DNA of 64,000 nucleotides from Veleropilina oligotropha (Eukaryota): NCBI GenBank assembly GCA_048128005.1, contig JBEUKZ010000060.1, positions 248,001 to 312,000 of the forward strand, read 5' to 3'. Shown piece by piece: positions 9,357 to 17,507 of this stretch (position 1 is its first letter; each line of letters starts with the position of its first letter). The notes under the pieces were generated by a model. It saw only the letters and a program-made list of their open reading frames with translations, ran no database searches and was not told where the DNA came from. The position numbers and the translations under genes were made by a program.

Positions 9357-10626
9357 TATGCAGCTGCGCGTCCATTATCACGAACATGTAGACGTTCAAC
9401 GGGCCGGCGGCTTCGCCTGTCTTCGTGATCTGAATCGTAATGCCCTCGCTGGCGTTATCTACTTTCCGGCCTGACCCATGCAGCTCGTCGTCGTCGGTTA
9501 CGCGCAGGTCGATCCAGAGTGCGAACTTTTTCGTCAGAAACTCGCCCAGGGTGACGTCCGCCAATTCCAAGTCCTTGGCAACCATCGCGACCTCAGGATG
9601 GCGTTTGCTGATCGGAGAGGAGGCGAAGAATCTCCTGGCTTCGTCCCACATCTGGTAGGAACGCATTCCGGCACTGTATAGTTGATTCGGCACACCCTCA
9701 ATAGTGACCTCGACCTTCGTGATCTTCGGATTGTAGAAGGCCTCGGTGTCCCTCGTGAATGGTACGGCGTCTCTCGCGGGATCCTCGAACAGAAGTAGGA
9801 TACCCTTCATGGATTTCGCCGGTACATTCAAATTTAAATTCCACAAAGTGTCACTCTTGTCTCTCGTAATCTTACGATGCCGCAGGACACGATCGTAAAG
9901 GATCACGAGGCGGCCCGAGTATTGGTTTTTTATCGATCTGGCAAGCTCAAGATTAGTGACCATGTCGTATTCCAGGCTGATATTGTCGATGACGTAGCTG
10001 GAGCTGGGGTCATCGGTGTCCCTGATTGTCCGGGAGTAGTCGTTGAACGTAAGCTCGTACTCAAGACGGTCCCCCAACGCACTTTGGTAGAACGGCATGT
10101 GGCTCTCCAGCAACTCGAAGTCCAGCGGGATGCGGAACCTATTACCATACGCGTCCGATATAGCTGTGTCCTCAGAACGTCTGAATGCGCCCTCAGCGCC
10201 GACACGGTTCTTCGTAGTGTTGTGGCTGTCGCTGGTATCAATACCCTGATATTGGGCATTCTTGCGCTCCCCTGCGGTCTTCCAGAGATCGCAGTAGCAG
10301 TGGTACACGTCGGAGTCATCTATAGCCATGACTTCGTTCCCACTAATCTTTATCGTGGTTTTCTTGACCACGGCGCGTCCGATATTCTGAACTACAGTTC
10401 TGTTCGGGTTAGTCGAGGTCAGAGAAATGGTGAATGCGAGGTGGGCAGTCCCTGGCACGATTACGTCGTGAGTCCCGAGATTCGGGAACCGAACCAACAG
10501 CTGCTGGTTGGCAGCGATCGTGGAGGGGTTGTTCGTTATGGTGACCGACTGGCGGACCCCTTTCACCCCAAGAGGCTCTCGAAGTCTGCGGTATGGATTC
10601 AACGTGCGTCCATACGTGCTGGCCAT
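9322..10626 (-). CDS. Putative major capsid protein (double jelly-roll, hexon-like)
   Basis: 434 aa, beta-strand-rich pattern, no TM. Size and position next to the packaging ATPase are typical of Polinton/PLV MCPs. Fold not verified. Confidence 0.75.
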   Translation of the reverse strand: MASTYGRTLNPYRRLREPLGVKGVRQSVTITNNPSTIAANQQLLVRFPNLGTHDVIVPGTAHLAFTISLTSTNPNRTVVQNIGRAVVKKTTIKISGNEVMAIDDSDVYHCYCDLWKTAGERKNAQYQGIDTSDSHNTTKNRVGAEGAFRRSEDTAISDAYGNRFRIPLDFELLESHMPFYQSALGDRLEYELTFNDYSRTIRDTDDPSSSYVIDNISLEYDMVTNLELARSIKNQYSGRLVILYDRVLRHRKITRDKSDTLWNLNLNVPAKSMKGILLLFEDPARDAVPFTRDTEAFYNPKITKVEVTIEGVPNQLYSAGMRSYQMWDEARRFFASSPISKRHPEVAMVAKDLELADVTLGEFLTKKFALWIDLRVTDDDELHGSGRKVDNASEGITIQITKTGEAAGPLNVYMFVIMDAQLHIENGRFVTALY

Positions 10627-10666
10627 GGTTGTCTGAATTAGATGCGTACCCCACCGGTGTATTCAA

Positions 10667-11966
10667 ATGGCGGAATTTGAGAACCCCACATTCGAGCCCG
10701 ACATCATCGACGATGATGGTGAGGTTGGATCCACGGACTGGATTGAGCCTGTTCTTTCGGAACGGCCACAGGAAGGAACCAGCAGTCAGCGGCAAGAGTT
10801 CGTGAAGGACGCGGTTGATGACTACTACAAAGCCCTGTCGGAGGAGGGGCAGACCTTGCCTACGTGGCGTGATTATTCCCAGTTCGAGTACGTGGAGGGG
10901 GAGGGATTGCGGCTGAAGAAATATCCAAACATCGATCTCATCAATTCTAGATCGAAAAAACCCAATGCTTTGTCAACACTAGCTAACCGGAGAGGTGGGG
11001 GTAAAGCGATCAGAAAAGGGTTGGGATTCGAAGCATGGACGCGGCCAGAGAAGCGGGGGAAAGGGGGACAGAAGACGCTCAAAAGCGGTTGCGGCATTTC
11101 AGACAGCCAACAATGAGTTGAGCGGTGCGGCCGCCAATGTCGACAACGTGGAACTGCGGGACTTGGGGCAGACTGCGACTAAGGCCTCAGAAGCGATCCA
11201 CAACATGGAGACGACGTTCACCGATGCCGAGGTTCAAGAGTTCTTGAACTCTGTGGAGGGGGACACCCCTCCATTCAATCTTCGTGAGCTTCGTGGGCTG
11301 GACAAGGCGATGCAGACCATTCGAGGCGAGCTCACGAACAACTTAGCCAAACTAACGGCGCTGGACGAACACATAGAGCTGGAGAAGAGCAAGCTCGATC
11401 AGGCAGATGAAGAGGGCGGTGTGGATGAGTTCGTCCGTCGACGGATCGCGGAACGTCTGCGCAATTTACATGACGAGAGAGCAGCTCGCCTCGAGGCAGC
11501 CGGATCCAGCCGGGAGGCCCTTCGCTCTCAAATCAGCCGGATCCGAGAGATGCTAAATCGGATTCTCCACTCTGACGCAACGCTGGCCGAGCGTATCCGG
11601 ACCCTATTTCACGAGCAAGGGGTTACGATAGCAACCATACTGACCGCTATCGGGCTCGCCATCTCGACTTTGGTACTAGCCCTGACAGGCGGAGCGCCGA
11701 GCATCGCACCAACACCACCACCTCCCAGTGGTCAGGGGGGGGGGGTCAAGGAGTGGGTCAAAAAGCAGCTGCAGAACCTGGGTCGGATTCTGGGCAAACT
11801 AGCAGGGAAGGCCGCAGCCGCACTCCCCGGCATGATTGGAAGCCTGATTTCCTGGCTAATCAATCTGGTTGGCAAGACTGCATCGTGGCTCGCCGAGAAT
11901 CTGTGGGCTGTGATTATATCAGTTGGGGGCTTGCTTCTTATTGCCGCTAGACAGTGGGTCAAGTGA
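10667..11966 (+). pseudogene. Coiled-coil multi-pass membrane protein, frameshifted near 11050-11070
   Basis: ORF 10667-11116 overlaps ORF 10995-11966 in the +1 frame across G-rich runs. The second part has a long coiled coil, a TM helix, a Pro/Gly linker, an amphipathic helix and a C-terminal TM. Confidence 0.7.
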
Positions 11967-13233
11967 GCCAAATGAACGCTAGGCCAACGACAATGCCGCC
12001 CACGATAAGTGCGGTTTTCTCCTCGTCATGTGAGGCAACCCCGGCTGGAACAGCTGCCGGCGAAGCATTTGGATGCTTCAGAGTGACTACCGGTATGCTT
12101 GCATCTGCGTCTTGTGGAATAACCAGTCCTGTTTCTCCAGTATCCCCAGTGGCGTTGAGCGGCACACTGGCCGCATTGACAGTCATATTAAGACCGAGTG
12201 TCTGGTCTTCCGTGGCGACGACGATCTCATTGTTATAACCAGCCACCTGCCCGATCCGTAGAAGCATGTTACTTGGCGCCATGTACAGGCCTACGCCGAA
12301 GACGAAGTCTACTTTGGACCTCGCATACTGTAGCACCTCTTGGTACCGTTTGATGGCTGATGGCAGATCAACTGGAGACGAGATTGCGTCTGCCACGTTC
12401 GCCAGGAACTGTTTCTGTGCGTCAAATGCCATCCCACTACCCAGAATACTTGCACGCGTTTGAGCCTGCGCTCCAAGAATAGCCCAGACGTAGGTCCTGA
12501 TGGAGTCATTGAGCCTCTCCACGCCGGCCCTCGTGAATCCCACCGACCTGTCCAGAATAAAAGTAGCCCAACCGTTTTTAAGCGCCTGCGCTTGCGCGAT
12601 GTAGTCCACGTGCAGATTCGTGTTGGTCGTACCTTTGGTGAAGGACATTCGGCTTGGATCATACTCACGTCCGATGGGGTGGTAGCCGTTGTTCGTCCAG
12701 TAGCTGTAAGTGGTGCCTAGTCCGCCGTTGGGACCCTTGACATGCCAGTCAGTATGTGGGGACACTCCGAATTCGCTGCAGATCTTCTCATATGCCCTTC
12801 GGTCATACGGGTTGTCGAAGGCGTCCCACGTCCGGTCCTGTGGCAGCGGGGCCTGAATCTCGGTCAAGATCCTTCTGACCTGATAGTAGACGTGGAAGGT
12901 GAATACGGCTCTGGAGAGGGGGTCGGTCGCATTCAAGTGGTCCTCTGAGGAGATCCCGGAACCTGTTGTGGCACACCAGACGGCAAAATTGACCTTGTTC
13001 TGCCAAAATCGCATCGGCGTACTGTGCCAGGCCTGGATCACTCGATCACTCGCGACATTTGGGAGGCGATACTTTTGGAAGGCGTCGGGGTAGTCTGCCC
13101 CGAATGCAGTGGTTGAGCTATTACCCACATTGATGCTTGGTCTCGTAAGCTGCTCATCTTTGATCCGGGCTGGGTACACCACACCGGTCGAATAGGCCGC
13201 ACTCCTATTGAAAGCAAAGGCGCTCTTAGCCAT
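11959..13233 (-). CDS. Conserved-looking viral protein with C-terminal TM anchor (424 aa)
   Basis: Long ORF with FWQNKVNFAVWCATTG motif, ending TALIVGGIVVGLAFIWLT. Confidence 0.75.
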   Translation of the reverse strand: MAKSAFAFNRSAAYSTGVVYPARIKDEQLTRPSINVGNSSTTAFGADYPDAFQKYRLPNVASDRVIQAWHSTPMRFWQNKVNFAVWCATTGSGISSEDHLNATDPLSRAVFTFHVYYQVRRILTEIQAPLPQDRTWDAFDNPYDRRAYEKICSEFGVSPHTDWHVKGPNGGLGTTYSYWTNNGYHPIGREYDPSRMSFTKGTTNTNLHVDYIAQAQALKNGWATFILDRSVGFTRAGVERLNDSIRTYVWAILGAQAQTRASILGSGMAFDAQKQFLANVADAISSPVDLPSAIKRYQEVLQYARSKVDFVFGVGLYMAPSNMLLRIGQVAGYNNEIVVATEDQTLGLNMTVNAASVPLNATGDTGETGLVIPQDADASIPVVTLKHPNASPAAVPAGVASHDEEKTALIVGGIVVGLAFIWLT

Positions 13234-13237
13234 AGCT

Positions 13238-13943
13238 ATGTTTCACACATTAACGAGTGTTCAAGAGGGGACCGCGGTTGCCCTCCTGGAGCCGATTGAT
13301 AACCGGGAAGGCAAATTATGTGTCAGCTTGCAGTCGCTCGACTATTGGGTCGGCTGGCACAACGTGCACGCCGGAGCATTCTTCCAAACCCCCAATACCA
13401 AGGTCGAGGTGGCACCGGGTTTCTACAGCTTCGATGCCCTCGCCAAGACTATGAGGAGGTCGCTAGTTAACATACAGCTAGATGTAAGCCATGCTACAGG
13501 ACTCGCCCGAGTCGTGGTTCCAGAGGGGACTCGACTCGCGATCAGCGCCGATATACGGAAGCTCCTCGGCTTCACCCTTGCAGGGTGGTGGCTACTTGAC
13601 TTATGACAAGAACAAGCCTGCAGATGAGCCGCAATGGCTACCCCCCGGGACGTATGATGGGAACAAGCCTGTCGGGTTTGCCATCGCAGCGACCCTACAC
13701 GTCCACCTGGAGCAGCTCAGTACAACACACAACGTGAAGGACGGCGCCCCAAGCAATATTCTCGCGGTGGTCCCCATAACGTCGCAGATCTTCGGCGAAG
13801 CTGCCCACTACCACAGTTATCCAGCCCTCCGGCGACTGCAGGCCGGGCTAATCACAGAATTGAAGGTGTATGTCACAGACCCAGATGGTAACCCGCTCGA
13901 CAATCACGGTATGCCTATTTCCGCAGTCCTCGAGATACAATGA
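13238..13943 (+). pseudogene. Minor capsid protein (penton-like single jelly-roll), frameshifted near 13575-13600
   Basis: N-part has VAPGFYSFDAL...RKLLGF; the +1-frame C-part has LHVHLEQL...ITELKVYVTDPDGNPLDNHGMPISAVLEIQ. This pattern is typical of Polinton minor capsid proteins. Confidence 0.72.
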
Positions 13944-14323
13944 GCACCAGCATCTATGGGACCACCCTCCCCCTCCTCCCCCTGCTTGCAGATGAGCCCT
14001 CTTCAGCGACCCAGTGGCACTTCGTTCTTAGTTGTGGGGAAGCACCCAAGAAGGGGCTGGCGAGGAGGGAGTTCACGATTCCAAACATTGGAGGTCGGTT
14101 TGGGTTGAACCCAGCCCTTCTAATGATCCACCTGACGCCGGTCCAGCCGGCCGGGGGTGCCCCCAAAGCGTGTTCCATAAATAGCCTTGGTCTGGATTCG
14201 GACAAGTTGTCCCTCGCCTTCACCATCAAGGCCCCGTGGGTAGGTACCATGTATTTGAACGTTACCGTCACGGTAGACATTCGGAATCAACAGGCTGAAC
14301 AATACAGATACAGCCACGTGTAA
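13940..14323 (+). CDS. Hypothetical beta-rich viral protein (127 aa)
   Basis: ATGA overlap with the upstream stop and TAATG overlap with the downstream start. Confidence 0.6.
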   Translation: MSTSIYGTTLPLLPLLADEPSSATQWHFVLSCGEAPKKGLARREFTIPNIGGRFGLNPALLMIHLTPVQPAGGAPKACSINSLGLDSDKLSLAFTIKAPWVGTMYLNVTVTVDIRNQQAEQYRYSHV

Positions 14324-14955
14324 TGGACAACAAACCCTCAGCGCCAACGCTGTACCCACAGATTGGTGGCGATGTGCTTTCGGAACTGCCGGAGGCACAG
14401 TCTTTCCGACTACAGAAAGTGAATGAAATCCAGGGACAGCTGGAACGAGAGAGGGACACACGAGCTGCCCTGTACAAAAAGTACCGACGAGGCGTTAATG
14501 TCGTTGACGGGATAGATAACAGGCTAGTCGTCGCCACCCTTGGTATGGGTAGCGCCGGCATCGGACTGTTGTCCACGATCGTTGCCGCACCTGTTGTCCT
14601 AGTGCTGGAATTAGCGGCGTTGGGGTGTGGGCTCGCTAGCATGGGTGGAAAATACATTAGCCGACGCCTTCAGGTGAAAGCTAGGAAGCACGACGAGATC
14701 AGAGTACTGGCCGACAGCAAGCTGAATACCATAACCGACCACGTCTCAAAGGCCTTAGCGGACGGGGTGATGTCTGATGATGAATTCCAACTGGTCACAG
14801 GGGAGATGGAGAAATACCAAGCCATGAAGGCATCAATTCGGGATAAGAGTAGGAAGGCGCACACCGCGATTTCACAGACCCAGAGCGAGCTTATTGAGCG
14901 TGGTCGTAAAGAGGGTCGCGCAGAGCTGCTGAAAAAAATCGGGGCTGGCGACTAA
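14323..14955 (+). CDS. Coiled-coil / hydrophobic-hairpin membrane protein (resembles adintovirus 'gasderminX'-class ORFs)
   Basis: LYPQ...FRLQKVNEI...YKKY, two adjacent hydrophobic helices, KARKHDEI...SKLNTI...VSKAL. Family recognised from memory. Confidence 0.7.
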   Translation: MDNKPSAPTLYPQIGGDVLSELPEAQSFRLQKVNEIQGQLERERDTRAALYKKYRRGVNVVDGIDNRLVVATLGMGSAGIGLLSTIVAAPVVLVLELAALGCGLASMGGKYISRRLQVKARKHDEIRVLADSKLNTITDHVSKALADGVMSDDEFQLVTGEMEKYQAMKASIRDKSRKAHTAISQTQSELIERGRKEGRAELLKKIGAGD

Positions 14956-15034
14956 CCATCCAGGTTGAGCGTAGCCACGACTACCCCCCTCCCCCGTATT
15001 AAAGCTTGAACTGGACAGTGATATCTGGACAACC

Positions 15035-15202
15035 ATGAAATCCATGCTACTTCTGTGCATTGCCGCGGTGTGCTGGCTAGGGGGTGTCTCTACCCAGGCG
15101 TCGAGACACGACACTGCATTAATTCTCGAACATACGTGGGCTAGGTACCGAAATCATCCCAGGTATAACATACGACTCGACCCCTTGCGGAGCCCCCGCT
15201 GA
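15035..15202 (+). CDS. Small putative secreted peptide (55 aa)
   Basis: MKSMLLLCIAAVCWLGGVSTQA-SRHDTALILEHTWARYRNHPRYNIRLDPLRSPR; signal-peptide-like N-terminus, ACCATG context; too short for the ORF track. Confidence 0.4.
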   Translation: MKSMLLLCIAAVCWLGGVSTQASRHDTALILEHTWARYRNHPRYNIRLDPLRSPR

Positions 15203-15429
15203 GGTATCCCCACCATCGTGTCACTACTATGTTATCGGAGAGAATGACTGTCGCCCTGCCACACCCCAGATACTGTCACATGTGTCCAGTGTTCGGCCCC
15301 CTCCCTATGTCCTGGCAAAAATGGGGAGTATTACACCATGCTGTCTGGCTGCTTCGGTGCGTGGAGAAAAATCGGACATCACTCACCCTGTAATTGCACT
15401 TTAACATCGGGCAACTATATATTTATATA

Positions 15430-15490
15430 AACAGCTGCTTGGGAATTCTCTTGCCTTAAACTATATTTTCAGTATTCCCAAGCAGCTGTT
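15430..15490. repeat. 17-bp perfect inverted repeat (hairpin) at the GC-to-AT transition
   Basis: aacagctgcttgggaat (15430-15446) / attcccaagcagctgtt (15474-15490). Confidence 0.85.
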
Positions 15491-17369
15491 ATATGAATAG
15501 CCGGCCGGCTGTCTATTGTTGACTATCCAGTACAGCCTATTCATAGCGTTTCGCTTCGCGTATCTCGGGGATTCCCCCTGCCCGCAATGACTTGAAACCA
15601 TGAAACAATAGACGCCTATAGCCTAATGGGTTTCTTAGCGGGTATGAATGAAAAGCTTCGCCTTTAGAAATACCTGGCTATGCCATGTCTTTACAAATAT
15701 CTCGTCGCGCCTATTGTTCCATTGTTACTCTCGCTCACAAGCAGCTAGGCTGACCCCGTTAAAAATCGATTTTGTGAAACGCATTTATCGTGGCACAGAT
15801 AAAAAGAGATTCGCTCCAGATTTGCCATGTCAGCGAGAAATCGGTAACCAATGTTTTGATTTCACAAGATTCAGTTACCAGAAAAAAAATTCGTTACAGC
15901 TTTTTGGCTGACATGGCAGCTTTTGAGCTAAGTCATTGTCACGTGGCAATACAACTTCTCGAGAATGAGATCACTAGGTCAGCCACGGGCTATGAATACA
16001 CCATTGACACAATACCATTGACACATAGACTATCATAAGCTACCCTAGTTTGTACACACGGTGATTTTTGTAATACACGCTATACCCTCAGTCCCGAAAT
16101 AGGGCTGGGAGCCCCCACGGCCGCCCCGGGCCCCTAGTCTAAACCCCCTAGTCCCCCCAGTACTACCAGCTCAGTTCTGAAATAGTGCTGGGAGCCTTAT
16201 TTTTCCATTCTAAAAAGTGCATTCACCCCCCCTGCTGCTATATGCAACACAAACATGATCGTCTAAGGTGGTGCAACTCCAGAGCTCACTGAAACCTGAG
16301 GACCCGGAGGAGAGAACACTGGGCTTATCTGCCCGTGGTGCACATTTGTGATGGTAAAACACGTGTATGAGCTTTCAGAGGCACGTCGCATATACACAAC
16401 GAAACATTCCAAAAATAATTTCTTTTGAAGGAGGATCTGTTGTGATTTTGGAATGCATATCGTACGTATGACTGTATAATTAAGTTGAATCGCAGAATTT
16501 TAAGCTGACATAAAAGTAGCATATAAATAGGTTTATATCATTATATGTATACTAATTAAAAATGAATGATCGACCTTTTTATGTCGGATCACATTTTGAT
16601 TTAATTTTCAGAAGAAATTATTTGGTATTTTTCTCATAACGGAAGTTATTTTTAAAGATTATTTTCTATTCATAAATTGTAAGAAGATTATACTAATTCA
16701 TTTACAGAACACGTAACCTGGACAACAGATAACAGATGATAAAATAATTTCAAGCTATCAATTATTCAATTGTCAGCTCGATTTATATCGAATGTTTATC
16801 GAGTCACATCAATTCCAAAATTACCCCAATCCAGGGTTTTCAACAAAACCCGCAATGCAAAATTACGTCATTCGCGTTACATCTGATTTCGGATAGCAAT
16901 TTCTATTACAAAACATTTTTTTATACCGTAATTAAAAATAAATTAAGACAATTAAAAAGGTCAACGTCGTGATCCAACATATAGGTGTATTATTCGGTAA
17001 TTCCTTATATTGTAATCAAATGCTCAAAGCGGGTTATACTTTTCATTATGTATGGTCGAAATACGAATGTATGCAGCTGGACTAGTTTGAATTATCTGAC
17101 ATCTGTGCTATGAATAATTAACTGTCATTCATATGAGGAAACCTCACATTTAATTATAGCTTCCCCGGATGATGACATCATAATTCGATCACCGGTGCCC
17201 TGTGATGAAATCCCTTGAATCAGCATATCTCACCTCGTCATTATGCCTTTGTGCAATTCTTAAACATATGTTTTCATTTATTTTATGAAGCGAATTACTT
17301 AATCGTTCCCTTATGCGCAAGTATTATGTAGACAATCATTTCGAAAATATAAATGTGAATATGGAATTC

Positions 17370-17419
17370 TGCGCATGCGCTCTTTGTCGGTTTTTCGCCA
17401 TCGACGAATAACGCCATTT
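17370..17419 (+). promoter_or_regulatory. Probable promoter of the VAMP gene: NRF1-like and YY1-like motifs
   Basis: TGCGCATGCGC at 17370-17380 and CGCCATTT at 17412-17419, just upstream of the putative first exon. Confidence 0.5.
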
Positions 17420-17507
17420 TAGTGTTCTGTCAGTGTGACATCGCTGCTTCGCTATTTTGTGATACTTTATTTCTGCTACCTGTGTTTTCTCAGGATATAT
17501 TGTTACA

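Larger units (their letters stand above)
1091..16064. mobile_element. Endogenous Polinton-like virus / adintovirus-type element (coding core ~1265-15400; outer limits uncertain)
   Basis: GC-rich, intron-less, tightly packed ORFs encoding PolB-helicase, rve integrase, packaging ATPase, and major and minor capsid-like proteins. Outer limits are set by a short imperfect inverted match (1091-1139 / 16029-16064). Confidence 0.85.

Noticed and set aside
1574..10626. Bacterial prophage or contaminant contig
   Set aside because: The integrase and capsid set are Polinton-type, and the region is contiguous with eukaryotic repeats and an intron-containing gene.
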